A stretch of 61,917 nucleotides of DNA, filler included, from Basidiobolus ranarum (lineage: Eukaryota), in NCBI GenBank assembly GCA_040143965.1. It is 12 parts of 12 records of this genome, joined end to end, with 100 filler letters (N's around TTAATTAATTAA, not from the genome) between each part and the next. Parts side by side here need not be neighbours in the genome. Positions count along the whole stretch, not along the records: positions 36,227 to 41,291 come from JASJQH010001727.1; positions 41,392 to 46,454 come from JASJQH010001728.1; positions 46,555 to 51,616 come from JASJQH010001729.1; positions 51,717 to 56,772 come from JASJQH010001730.1; 8 more parts are not named here. One strand, written 5' to 3'. The notes under the pieces were generated by a model that was not told where the DNA came from, searched no databases, and saw only the letters and a list, made by a program, of their open reading frames with translations. Position numbers and translations under genes: made by a program. Each line of letters starts with the position of its first letter. The first letter of the stretch is position 1. Positions 39,247-52,475 of the stretch are shown piece after piece.

Positions 39247-40356
39247 CAGTTTGGACTAACCCTAACCCTAAGGAATAGTTCTTACCATGTGTGATTACCG
39301 GAATGACTCTAACCCTAACCCGCTTGGACCAATCAAATCGCTAAGACTCTAACCCTCTGGGCTCTTACCAAGAGAGCATAATTAGTACTGTTGATAGTAT
39401 TACCAAGTACGGACCCAAGTACGGACTTCTTGTAAACAATAGCATGAAAACATCAATTTATCCGTATGTTAACTCGTTAATATGCATATGGATAATATTG
39501 TTTCAGAAAAGTAGTGTTTTCAAATTCATTCTTTGTTAGTCATCTGTTTTGTATTTTCATTATACATTTTTGGTAACAACAAGACTTGCTTACTAAGAAA
39601 TGAAATTTTACTGATTTGAGTATGATGATTTGATGCTCGTCGCTAGCTGTTATGATTGGTAAGAGCAAGCTGTGAGATACCTAATATAATCCAAACTAAT
39701 GGTATCATGACGGCTTTCTGACTAGAAATTTCAGGATCTGATCCCGATTAGGCAAAATTATTTTAGGAAAGATAATCCATTCATGCTACCCAGCTGCGCC
39801 TAAACCCACCAAATGCGACACCACAGTTTGTTTACACATTGGATCCCAATAATGGCCTAATGAGACAAGGAATTGGAAATTCCGAAGCTTCTTTTAGCTT
39901 AGATTTGGATGGGTTGGGGTTTCTTTCGAGCGCAGATTTCTCGGAATTCCAAGAAAACTTGTTTATTTGTGTCCAAAAAGAGCGGGAGTTGCTTGGATAT
40001 GTGTAGCATGAACAAAGTAGTCGAGCCAAAAATCTACAAACAACCTCGTGAAGGAATTGCCCAGTTGGCATAGATTCCACAAAATCAATCGCCATTGATG
40101 AGTTTACCGAGTTAAGTTAGAAAATGATATCCTAGGAACAAGCACGATCTGCGTCATCAAGACAGCAGCTAAGCTTATACTTATGGAAGAACATGTACAA
40201 ACGAGTAGTTAATGGATGAAATATATTTTACTTGGCCAAATTAATGTAAATTAACAACTGCAAATAAAACTTGGTTGCTGATGGTAATAGGATTCTGATA
40301 TCACATAATAGGTTAAATCTAAATAATATTAATTCAATAAATCTATGGTGTAAGAT

Positions 40357-41291
40357 CTAGTTCTTTCTCTTGGCACCGTTCAACTCTTCTCCTTCTCTGT
40401 TTCTGGAGGTCAATTCTTCGATACTCTTACCCTTGGTTTCTTTGACGAAGAAGAGGGTTGCTACGAAACCAACGGCACAACAACCTGCGAAAATCAAGAA
40501 GATGTATCCGTGGATAGCATCAGAGACAGCAGGGAAAATGAGACCAATGACGAAATTGGAGAGCCAGTTAATGGCGAGGGCAGTACTGGTGGTACCGGAA
40601 ACAGCATTAGTAGGCATCAACTCAGTCATGATAAGGAAAGGAACTGGGCCAAGACCGACGGCAAAGAAAGCAACGAAAATGAAAACTGTAATAGAAAGGT
40701 TAGCAAGAGTCTCCTGACTGTATACAAATAGAACCACTTACTGGAGGCGACGGTTAAATCGTGGTTGTTGATTTGGAGACCGACACACATGAGAATGTTG
40801 AAAAGAGCGGAACCACCACTGGAGAGAAGAAGCAAGAACTTTCTACCAGAACGATCAACGAGAATAACGGAAACGATGGTCATGAAAACGTTGAGACCCA
40901 TAAGTCCTACGGTGACATACTTGGCTTGCTCGTGGTAGATTTCACCGAAAATGGAGGTACAGTAGTACATAATACCGTTAATACCGGACCATTGCTGAAG
41001 AGCACCAAGACCAATGCAAATGATGAAGGGGATGGTGCAATGTCTGTCCCTGATAATTTCCATGACACTTAAGTTCTTAGGAAGGTTCTTGGCGGCCTCA
41101 CGAGCTTGAATAATTTCTTGAAATTCGATTTCAATATCGCAATTTCCTCTCAACTTTTGCAATGAAACCTTGGCCTCTTCGTTTCTACCCATGGAGATGA
41201 GGTAACGAGGAGTCTCAACACACATTGGCATAAGAATAGCTTGAACAAGACCAAAGGCACCCACGAGGGCAACTAACACTCTCCATCCGAT
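40357..41291 (-). CDS. Sugar porter (GLUT/SLC2-like MFS), C-terminal half; intron 40686-40741
   Basis: ETPRYL, QQWSGINGIMYY, VDRSGRK, GLGPVPFLIMTELMP, NWLSNF, ETKGKSIEE. Confidence 0.93.
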
Positions 41292-41783
41292 NNNNNNNNN
41301 NNNNNNNNNNNNNNNNNNNNNNNNNNNNNNNNNNNTTAATTAATTAANNNNNNNNNNNNNNNNNNNNNNNNNNNNNNNNNNNNNNNNNNNNCCCACCCCC
41401 CCACCCCCCCCCCCCCCCCGGCCCCCCCTAATAACAGTTACACACTCTTGGCATTGGAAGACTGCTTCTAGATCCATGTGATGAGGAAGTCCGGATTTTC
41501 GGTTGATGGTTTTGTATGAAAATCTAGTGGGACATACCTATTTGGTTAGTTATGTATATCACCAAGATCCAGACACAAGTCGATAATATACCTCTTGCAA
41601 TGAGAGATTCTTAGGCCTGGATTTTTAATTAATTGCATAATATTCAATGAGTTTAGTCATATGATTTTCACATGTACTGCATTTTTCGAGGTTTTAAAGA
41701 GCTTGCTTCTGCTATTGCATGAAGTTTATTGTCGCGTACTACTCATTTTCCCGCCTTAGTCGACTATATTACTCAATTTTAGC

Positions 41784-44005
41784 ATGGTACAGTATTTCGG
41801 TAAATACAATAGAGCTGTTCTGTGTTACTTACTAACCCTGATGATAGACTCGACAATACGAAGTTATTATCGTCGGAGCCGGTATCATTGGCCCAGTTCT
41901 TGCTTACGCTTTGGCTAAGGATGGCAGAAACGTTTTATTAATCGGTAAAGTGATTTGAGTGAATTGAGTATGAATAAAGAGTAATATTCCTAATTAATTC
42001 AACGTTTGTTTGATAGAGAAAAATTGGGAAGAACCCGACAGAATTGTTGGAGAGCTACTCCAACCTGGGGGTGTCGAAGCTTTACAAAAATTGGGCTTAG
42101 CCGGTAACTCACAACTGATTTATTTCTACTTCGTTCCTCTGATTGATTTCATTCATATAAGACTGTGTTGAGGGCATCGACGGGATTCCTGTTCATGGAT
42201 ATGGTGTATTGTATAATGGTAAAGCCGTACAAATCCCTTATCCTAAGAATGATGAAGGCCTGACTATAGCGGGAAAATCATTTCATCACGGTCCCTTTGT
42301 CATGAAGCTTCGAGAAGCTGCCAAGAGCTGCTCCAAGTGAGTAATAATTTCTTTTTGAGTAAATAATGGCACGTTCATTCAATTGTTTATATTAGCGTAA
42401 CTACTCTTGAAGCCACTGTTAATGAGCTAGTTAAAGACGCATCCGGTAAGGTCATAGGTGTTACTTGCACTCAAAAGTGCGACGATGTAGAGAAGCATTT
42501 AGAGGTAAACATTCGATTGTAAATAGCCATCTTAGTTTTGAAAAACATCTAACTCAAAATAATTGCAACCTAGTTCCTTGCACCATTGACATTTGTTGCC
42601 GACGGTATCTTTTCTAAGTTTAGAAAAGAATATCTCCCAGTTCAACCAAAACTCAGATCCCACTTTGTTGGGTAAGCCATTAACTTGCTTTCCTCTCTTC
42701 ATTTAATGCTCTAATATCTCATTATGCATATAGTTTTATCATGAAAAATACAACTTTGCCCTATCCTAACCATGGTCACGTGATCCTGGCTCGAGATACT
42801 CCAGTACTGATGTACCAAGTAAGTAATCGAATGAATTAGGTGACGGCTTTCCTTTCTAATGCGTATTCCATTAAAGATTGGCAGTAATGAAGTCCGTGTT
42901 CTTGTTGATTTTCAAGGAAAACTACCAAATATTCCCAACGGTGATATGAAGGTAGTAATAGCCCCCAATTTGAGGTTTCCATTGTTCATTTCTAAAGTGT
43001 TTTCTGTAGCGCTACATGTTGGAGCAGATTTTGCCTGAAATTCCCAAAGAAGTCCAGGTATATATACTATTTTCTTTGTAATCTCTCCATCCATTTCACT
43101 AATCACATACAGTAGCCAGGATTCAGGGCTGGTGTTGAAAACGATCGTATTCGCACTATGACTAATAGTTTCCTTCCACCCACCCGTAACATTCATGAGG
43201 GTGTTATTTTGATCGGCGACGCCATGAACATGAGACATCCTTTGACTGGAGGTTAGTCTTTTGAAACTAATGGAAAATCTAATCGCTGTTCACTAATTAT
43301 TTCTTAGGGGGAATGACCGTGTCTTTCTGGGATGCTGTTCATGCTGCTGATCTACTATCAAAGGAAAAAGTGCCCGACTTCAACGATACCTCGCTGGTCA
43401 TCAAACAAATGAAGAAGCATCACTGGCATCGTAAATCTCGTGCCTCTATGATCAATATTCTGGCTATGGCGTTATATTCATTGTTCTCTGCTCCAGAAAA
43501 TTGTAAACGTATTTTGATTAATATACTTATTGAATTTCCACTTATCCCTATTTAATTTAGCTGACAATTTGAGAATCCTACAACTTTCATGCTTCAATTA
43601 CTTCCAGCTTGGTGGGATTGCTGTTTCCGGGCCCATTGGACTGCTTGCTGGGTAAGTGGATATAGAGTAATATTATGGTACTAGGTATAATTACTAATCC
43701 TTCATGATGCTGATAGTTTGATTCCCAATCCACTCGTTTTGATGTTCCATTTCTATGCCGTTGCTATTTACGGTATTCTCTTCCATGTTCTTCTCGCTCC
43801 ATTATGGCCATCCTCTGCCACCCCTCGTCCTGGGGACTATCAGCATGTTTCAGCAGAAACTCCTTCTAAAGATACCATGACCATATCGGCAACATCCGTC
43901 GCCCTTACCATTGCATATCTTCCTTTAAATATCATCAAAGCTATAAGCGTACTATACACGGCCTGTGTAGTATTCCTTCCTTTGGTATGGAGTGAGCTGT
44001 GTTAG
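41784..44005 (+). CDS. ERG1: Squalene epoxidase, 13 exons
   Basis: IIVGAGIIG FAD motif, EPDRIVGELLQPGG, SFHHG.F, ADGIFSKFR, GHVIL, GDAMNMRHPLTGGGMTV, INILAMALYSLF, HFYAVA; 12 short GT..AG introns traced by eye. Confidence 0.94.
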
Positions 44006-44551
44006 AAAGAGTAACTTATTTCTTTTGAGTAACCAACACGAATTTACCCTTACTTTATGGTTCTGATCCAATCTTTCAAATACATTTACCACCTACCCCT
44101 TTTTAGAAGCAACTTTAATTAGTTTTTTTGTCGCTAATTCCAACCATATTCCCAAAATTTTGAATATACTTAATGCTTGATCAAATATTTCAATTGAAAG
44201 ATTATTATAAGGTAACTGAAGAACGAAGTGTGACCTGCTGTAACAACTGCCTGTACTTTTGTTACACGTCGTTTTCTAATAAACCCAATTTGTCCTGATG
44301 CATTTTGTTCAATTAGTGGTATTTCTAAAAATTACATAACCAATTAGGAATTTATCCATCAGGCCAATAGATATAAAAGGATATTGAAAGGCCACCGTAA
44401 GTTTTTGCTGAGAATGCGTCTCAATATAATGTAATAAATTATTCTTACTACCTCTTCACACCAAACTGTGTACTCTTCTACTAGTGTTTTCAATCACTTG
44501 CAATTTTTTCTCTAGCCTACTGTTTATTTAGACTTCACCTATTTTGACAAT

Positions 44552-45304
44552 ATGCTTCGGTCCAAAAAAAGTAAACTTCTCTCAGTACCAGAAGAAATAG
44601 AATTGAATGATGGCTACTTCGATAACCATTTTGCTATGATGCGCGAGTTTCACTTGGCTGACTTTCTGACATTGGCTAATGGAGCGTGTGGTTCTACCTC
44701 AATATTTTCTACAATGTATTATCTCATGACCAAAGACATTTCATATATTTGGATATCAATGTATCTAGTTCCAATTGGTACATTCTTTGATTTCATGGAC
44801 GGTAGAGTGGCTCGTTGGAGAAAAATGACCTCTTTGTTAGGCCAGGAGTTAGATTCATTAGCCGATCTGGTAATACCTTAAAGCCTATATTTATAACAAT
44901 CCTTTTTTACGAATTTCATTGTTTACTGGTGGTAGATTTCTTTTGGTATTGCGCCAGCTGTTCTTGGCTTTGCTTTGGGGTTGAACGCCATTTTGGATCT
45001 TGCCGTACTTGTTTATTTTATCTGTTGCGGACTAGCTCGTTTAGCTCGCTATAATGCTACAGTCGCTTCCTTACCTCAAGGCTCGGATGGCAAAGTGAAA
45101 TATTTTGAGGGTACTCCCATACCTACTACCTTGCTTATTGTCGCCTATCTATCCTACCTAGTTTCTCAAGGAACTATCGAATCGAGATTACCCTATGGTG
45201 TTTATCAATTGGGGGAGCGAGAAGTTTTTCACCCTCTGGTTTTGATGTATGCTTTGAGCGGCTCTCTGATGATAAGCAAGTCTCTTAGAATTCCTAAACC
45301 TTGA
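44552..45304 (+). CDS. CHO1: CDP-diacylglycerol--serine O-phosphatidyltransferase; one intron (~44869-44935)
   Basis: DFMDGRVARWRK...LGQELDSLADL|ISFGIAPA, CGLARLARYN, YFEGTPIPT, MISKSLRIPKP. Confidence 0.94.
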
Positions 45305-46049
45305 TACGTATACACTCACGCACATAAATATGTATGAATATTGCGAAAGAATCACAGATGTTGCTATCGTTGCTCATCTCAATATAGTTTTTGGTACTCA
45401 TATTGCAATTTAGTACTTAATTACAGTCAAAGTGTCTACACAAGCCAGTCTCATTTTTGTGAACTTCGTTAGTATTTAATCCGCCCAATCCTTGAGTAAT
45501 GCGTATTTCTATCGTATTTCTCAAAGCGTGTCAATGTGAAAAGTATAGTGATTTCGTCGGCTTTTTGCAGATAAACTGCTAAAATTAACTTGACCTGACT
45601 TTCATAGGCCCCAAGACTAGCTTTATTTCAGACAGCAGCTTTGGCGACGCATCCAATTAAAGACTCAACTTTTGTTTGGATAGCAATACAGTAAGGGGCA
45701 CATGAGCTAAAGCACCAAAATGGAGTATACAGTAGGCGTTTTCGCTTGTACCAGTGTGTCATTTAACTGGTTTTGAATAGTCACTAACTAATCAATATCG
45801 TTGATGATGTTGCTAACGTAATTTTAAGAACATCGTGCATGATGCACCATTCCTGATTTAGAATTCCATCCAATTAATTCCATGCTAATGCATTTGACAA
45901 GGAACCTAAACGTCATTAGTTTTAAAACTAGTCCAGTGATGCTGTCATCGTAACTTATCACACCTCAGCCTTTCCGTTTTGGATCATATACTTATATATA
46001 AGTGGCCTGACATGAATGAATACCATTTATTTGACTTTCTTCCTTATCA

Positions 46050-46454
46050 ATGTCACTCTCCAGAAAAACTAGTGTATTTAGACCAAGAAGTACCAATGAA
46101 GCTAATCAGGATGTAACTGCTAATTCTGTAGAAGCCCTACCTTCGGATATTTTTGAACAACGTTTATACGCTTGGAAATCTACCATCAAGCAATTGATTT
46201 TGTACTTCCAGACTATCGCCGAAGTGGAGCAGCAAAGTGCAAGAGGTTACTCCAAGGCATTTAACTCTTTGCAAGCTCCTTTGAAAGAAGGCCATCATTT
46301 GCTACCTGTAGGCGGTAGTGGTGTTCAGGACGTAACTGTGGCGGTGAATAATACCAGCCAGCAACTGTTCGAACATCACACAGAGTTCGCTAGATGTATT
46401 ACTGATCAAATTGTCGGGAATCTAACTCGATTGAAGTCAGAGATTAAGCCACGA
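46050..46454 (+). CDS. Slm1/Slm2-like BAR-PH protein, N-terminal BAR region, truncated
   Basis: PSDIFEQRLYAWKSTIKQLILYF and LP.G.SGVQDV match the family N-terminus. Confidence 0.7.
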
Positions 46455-48010
46455 NNNNNNNNNNNNNNNNNNNNNNNNNNNNNNNNNNNNNNNNNNNNTT
46501 AATTAATTAANNNNNNNNNNNNNNNNNNNNNNNNNNNNNNNNNNNNNNNNNNNNAATCGAAGACTGCCCAATGCTAACATGAAGCCGTTCTTTGCTCTTG
46601 GAATAGAAGGACTGCCCTTTTGCCCACCAATTGTTACCAAAATAGTCAATTTCCATTAATAGAGTAGCTTGGCATAGATGCTTGGAAGGCAATTAATCAT
46701 AAAGCATGTTTGTATTTTTGCCATAGTTCGGGCTTGTATCTGAATTATGTTCATGTGTCGATCACTGTAAAAGCCATAAGCTTAGCGCTGTTATAGTAAT
46801 AGGTCAATGGTACAATATTTGGCGCATCAAGTACAACGTGTAACCCCACATACAGAGACTTGGTGAGTAGCTTTCCGAGATCCGACTATGATACATAGAC
46901 TAATCAAACTCGCTCTAGAATCTAGGTTGAAGAAGATTAGTGGGATACATTTCTTTGAGTTTACTTGAGACCGCTGTTTTACAAGTGACACGCACCCGAT
47001 ACAAGGTGTTCAAGAGGAAATCTTCTGTGTAGTAATTTGGGTAGTGGCTTTATTGGAGACTCGAGGAGAAATGTATAGAACGTCGTATAGGAGCTTCTAC
47101 CATTGAATATTAGTGATAGCGAGAGGCTTATTAATGTATACTTCAAGACAAACACTTTGAATGCATGAGTTGTGCTTAGCAAAACATATCCTCTCTAATA
47201 CTACTTCTTATCGCTTTGAATCTCGCAGAAAGCGGTTGCGTGCATTTGTACAGTCTCATCTGATGGAACTATGATTAGTCAAGGCAATTCTGAAACCGTT
47301 CTCTTCCAATATCATTGTAACCACTCTGGGCCATCATCATTGGGCCATCCATCGATTCTTCCACTGGATGCATTTGAGCCAAATATTAGGCAATATACAG
47401 CTCAGAAAAGATAATCCATCTTGCATGCCTGGTGCCTCGTTGTATGAGCCACATATTGCTCATGTATGTCGGAGTTCAACTTGATTGGCTAATTAGGGTC
47501 TAGTGTTAGCATAGAAAACTCCAATTCCACCCATCACCTCAATATGCTTTCATTGCAAAGAGGGAGCATCACGATATATGCAATCTGCGTAGCTTGCTGT
47601 CATAGAATCGCCTTATTGGCTACTACTTTTGTTCGAATTCTACATATTCGGAAGTATTGCAAGCATGTCTTCATCTCTGGTAGTAACCCTAGTGGCCATA
47701 TACCAATTTAGCATCATGTTCTTTTAGTTGCCGAAAGATTAGTAATAGGCTGGGCCGATGTCGTAATTAGCTTTGCCAATACCTGACTACAGAAGAATCG
47801 AAGAGGTTTGATGATTTACTTTAGATCATTTATAATTTATTGAATAAAACTTAATATAATTGCTTGCAAAAAATCTGGCTTAAATACTGAATGTTCATCA
47901 GAATACATATCTAGTCTAGCAAGTTTGGTAATCAGGTATCCATACGCGATGTAAGGGTATACGATAATAGTAATAAAGATGGTAACTGGCATAGGCTCGG
48001 AAATAAGTGC

Positions 48011-49012
48011 TTAAAGCTGTGGCAAAACCATTCCTGATAACACCAAAACTCCAGTGGCCCAAGTAGATATGGTGAGTCCAGAGGCCGAATTATAGGTGTT
48101 CTTGTCGTTAAAGCTATTTGCTTGACCAGGCATCAAAACGGTGTCAATAACGTGCACAACACCATTGCTGGTTAGTACGTTAGGAGTAACCACTTTGGCA
48201 TTGTTCACTGTAATGGCTCCATTGTTATTCTTGATGTTAACGTTAGAACCTTGCACAGTAGCCAATAAACCGTCCTTTAGATCCGATGAATATCCCACTG
48301 TGGAGGTAATCACGTGATACTTCAACAGATCGGTAAGTGCAGTAGCATTCATCTTTGAGGTATCCAAACTTTTGAGTGCTTCGTTGCTTGGGGCAAATAT
48401 AGTGGCTCCCTTGAATCCGTCAATCGTGCTGGTAAGATTAGATTTGGCAAGAAGGTCCATTAAGGTAGTCAAATTGGCAGCTTTGGCGGTTTCACTAGGA
48501 CTGACAGGAGGTAGTAGTACTTGATCAATAATATGAGTGATTCCGTTAGAGGATTCAAGATCAGCCTTGATGACCTTGGCACTTTTTAATCCGTAGGATA
48601 CTGACACATCTTGGGCATTCTTGGAAACACCAAGAACTTGGGACTTGTTGTTGGGAAGATTCACAATGGAAGTATCGTTCAGAACGGTGGTTGGGAATTG
48701 GAGTGTCTTCAACTCAGTAGACTTGATTTTTCCAGCGATAACATGATACTTGAGGATGTCCAAGACAGCAGTGGTATTGCTGGTGTCAACATTAGCAGCC
48801 TTGAGTGCTGCATCACTTGGGGCGAATAAAGTATACTGATTGGTTCCACTTAGCAAACTTCTAACTGATTCGAAGTCTGAGTTCGAAACGACAGTAGCGA
48901 AAGCACCTAGTTCTTGATTAGCTGAGACATTGTCAGCAAGACTCTTTTGCACATCTTGGCATAGAGATCCGGAAGCGAGGAAGAGGGCAGCGGTGGCGAT
49001 GGTAAGTCTCAT
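48011..49012 (-). CDS. Fasciclin protein with two FAS1 domains, signal peptide and probable GPI signal, 333 aa
   Basis: MRLTIATAALFLASGSLC; YTLFAPSDAA / LKYHVI / SNGITHIIDQVL, then TIFAPSNEA / LKYHVI / SNGVVHVIDTVL; NSASG plus hydrophobic C-terminus. Confidence 0.93.
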   Translation of the reverse strand: MRLTIATAALFLASGSLCQDVQKSLADNVSANQELGAFATVVSNSDFESVRSLLSGTNQYTLFAPSDAALKAANVDTSNTTAVLDILKYHVIAGKIKSTELKTLQFPTTVLNDTSIVNLPNNKSQVLGVSKNAQDVSVSYGLKSAKVIKADLESSNGITHIIDQVLLPPVSPSETAKAANLTTLMDLLAKSNLTSTIDGFKGATIFAPSNEALKSLDTSKMNATALTDLLKYHVITSTVGYSSDLKDGLLATVQGSNVNIKNNNGAITVNNAKVVTPNVLTSNGVVHVIDTVLMPGQANSFNDKNTYNSASGLTISTWATGVLVLSGMVLPQL

Positions 49013-50646
49013 AGTTGGGTATTTGTCAAGTAGATTGGTATCTGTTGAGAATGGAAGAAGTAGATGTGATTGCCAAATGAATCGATATGCCAATCTCTGG
49101 ATGCCCAGCCATATTTTATACATTCTTGTAACGTGCAAACTGACCAAATGTCGGCGAATGCATGAAACTAAACCTTCTAAACATCTCCTTGAAATTACTG
49201 GACAACGCTAACCAAAACAACCGACACTGCATATCCTCAAATGCATCAATCTCATTCATTGTGCATTCTCAACATCAAAGTCATCTGCAACCTCCTTGCA
49301 CTTATATTAGTTTTGTAGAGCTCGATCTGATTCAGAACTAGACAGAAAGCTCAACACGCAAGAAGATCAACAAATGTAAACTGATTGATTGAACCCACCA
49401 GTTCTAGATACCAAAAGAGCACACCATATCAACGGTTGTCAGACAGATATAGAAATCGATCAGCAGGTAATCAGGGGACTATTTGCATTGCCGTTACATG
49501 AAGTGCGAGTGAGATCTTGTGTGGTCTATTTGCGCTTCATGGCCTACTAATATGATATCTATTTCGAAGTTGCTGATATGTGCAAGTTGTCGATCCGATT
49601 GATTTATGTAAGTCAGACAAGCAACATGCAACTTTTTTGTTTGCAGGGTCTAGCTGGATGCAGAAGGTTTATCATTTAGGGCAAGACATTGATCACCCAA
49701 GTTGTCTGTAAGTGCTTATATTTTGATAGCACTGAATCGTACCTTAACAAAAACTATTATCTGTATCCCTTATGCTATCAATGAAGTAATAACAGCATTG
49801 CAAAATGTTCCTTAAAGCTCTCCATCACTTTATTTTATAGAGAAAGAATTGATTTGCCGGCTTGCCGCATTTCGATGAGGGAGACGTTACTCTGTTGACA
49901 CGATCTTCGAAATTAATCCTCATTAGGTATACATACCACTGTTACCTATCAAGGTGTGATTCAGATTAATTTTTTGGAGTGTAAGAATACACCTTGATGC
50001 TTTTTACTCTATAGCAGAATATTGAAGAGCCAACAAATCATCATCAATGCTCTTAACCGAATTTTAACTTGATGTCTATAGAGCATTGGTAAAATACTCT
50101 ATTCGATACGTTGTCTTTGTCAATCTAAATGCTTTAGACGCCGTTCAAAATGCATCATAAGTATTGGGTCTTATGTGCCTAAGTTAAGCAATATTCGGAA
50201 ATCAATTGGCATACTTTTTCATATTATGAGTTAGCTGCTTTTTCTTCATCATTTCGTAGCAGTGGTTGTGTAGTACTAAGAATTGAACTTTTATATAATA
50301 TATGATATAGAATAATTAAGTACGCATGTGGTATGACATGGGATCACCCCTGAAAAGAACAGTCGTGAAGAACAAGACTTCAGAGTGTACAAAACTCAAT
50401 AGGGTACCAAAGGTACTCTACTTCAATACCCTAAATATGATATTATCCTGACATTCCTTCTCTTCTCTGGAGATCATTACTTTACTCTCAGGCTGGGCTC
50501 CTATTTGGAATTTCTAAAATTACAATTTTCATTATCAGGCTTGCCGATGATTCCATTAATAAAAGTTAAGGCAGAACTAGCTGTCATGCAGTAAACGGAA
50601 TAACTTGAGATTTGAATTGTTTGAGATATGAAGATAATGTTGTAGT

Positions 50647-50997
50647 TGTTGAAATTAGTATTGCCTAAACATCTATATAGTCATATATAGCTTAGTACAT
50701 AGTTATCCTATATTGAACTAAGATATCATCCATTATTCTCAATCGGAATTTACTTGGAATATTTTTACCAACTTATAGGTTCTCAGATATATAGATTTTT
50801 CAAACTTGTGCTAGAAGCCCCAAACCTTGCACAATTTTTCTGGGACCTTTCTTAACACATTTCACATGTTTATATGCTTACATCGGGACAAAACTATAAA
50901 TGTCAACTTTCAACTCAATAAATCAATAAGTGAGATCCGCCTATTTTTCTAGTTTTCCAAACCGCAAGTCAAAACAAACTCCCAAAGCACTTTGACA
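50647..50997 (+). mobile_element. Solo LTR, family A
   Basis: TGTTG...TGACA; TSD GTAGT/GTAAT (one mismatch). Confidence 0.88.
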
Positions 50998-51716
50998 GTA
51001 ATCATTATCTCTATCATGCTTACTATCCGTCTCTTAATACCTCCAAGGATTTCATGTAGCACATCTAAGTTCATAAGAATCAGTTGGTTATATATCACCT
51101 TAGTCATAATAAAAATACAATTCAACTTTGCTAATTATTATATAATTCGCAAATACCTAAATTTTTATTCTGTTTTGAGCTAAATGATGGGCCAAGTGAT
51201 GTAAACCAATGTAGATATAGTATGTGAAATAGTTTGGTAAATACATGTAAGGACACCAAAGATATTATTGGCAATAAACCTCAATAGTTATTTCAATCCG
51301 ACATATTTATAAAAATGATGCGTTAGATCGCACAGCCCCTATTACTCACTACACTACGAAAGAAACCAAATGGAGGATTAGCAGCATGTAATTATTTTCT
51401 TATTTTCCATAATTACTGATAAATAACTATACTTCACACAATGAAAGTTTCCACCAGACTCAAAATCAATATCTACACAGATGTGGATATTTCATGAAGT
51501 TATACAAGTATTGGGCTAATCATGACATCTCATGGATATGTAGGTTATGACCACAAAGTACCTGGCCTTAGTTTAATTATTTCATGAAATATTAGCATAC
51601 CTTACAGTAAACACTTNNNNNNNNNNNNNNNNNNNNNNNNNNNNNNNNNNNNNNNNNNNNTTAATTAATTAANNNNNNNNNNNNNNNNNNNNNNNNNNNN
51701 NNNNNNNNNNNNNNNN

Positions 51717-51854
51717 GAGGAGAGCTAAACGAGTAGGGTTGAAGGTACGATGAAGAGTAGCGACGAATCTGAGAGCATCGTCAGTAAGGATCTCAGCCTG
51801 TGCAGGCTTAACCTTGCTTAGGATAGAAATACCGGCAACTGAAGTCTTGAACAT
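51717..51854 (-). CDS. MLS1: Malate synthase, N-terminus only
   Basis: [26 protein letters not shown] is the conserved malate synthase A N-terminal segment. Confidence 0.82.
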
Positions 51855-52475
51855 GATTTAATTGTATTCACAGTAAAAAGTATGGCGATCCTACTATTCA
51901 TCTCAGGCCAGGTATTTATATTTATTCAAGGTATTACTTAAAGATGGTTGGGGTATCATCTCTGGAAGAATGTATGTAAAGTAAAGCCCAATAGATCGGA
52001 TCTATCTCGATAGTATATAACTATTTGAGGTAATCATCCTGTATCCTACATCTAATCATCTAATTCCACAGTGTACCAACGCTTAGATTTGATTATCAAG
52101 AATCATCCATCTCTGAACAATTTACCGCTTAGCATAAAGCGGTCAACTAAACGCTGGCTTAACTTTCTTAGTCAATTTCGTAGTCAAGAACTTTGACTCA
52201 GGACCATGATTCAGCATGGTTGCTGATTACAAAGAGATGGATTTTGATGTTGATTGGTTAAATAGTAGTGGGTATTTGTTTGTTTGATAATGGGAATACG
52301 CGAAAATTCTTTATTCTATTGTTCGTGTTCTGGATTAACTTCCCCTGTTTGTTATACACTTTGGTTATTTACCAACACTTTTCCCTTATAGAATAGTGGT
52401 CATTTTGACTATTCAAATAATCCTACTTCTTGCTTATAAAGCCTTTGAAGTTACTTTTACCTATTCGCGTTGAAG

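Noticed and set aside
41392-41428. Poly-C tract as a G-quadruplex element
   Set aside because: It lies at the extreme contig start, where homopolymer artefacts are common, so it cannot be trusted.
52123-52227. Short hairpins (ACCGCTT..AAGCGGT; ACCATG..CATGGT) as ncRNA or tRNA
   Set aside because: Stems of 6-7 bp are expected by chance and no cloverleaf or box motifs are present; I recognised no tRNA or rRNA anywhere in the window.
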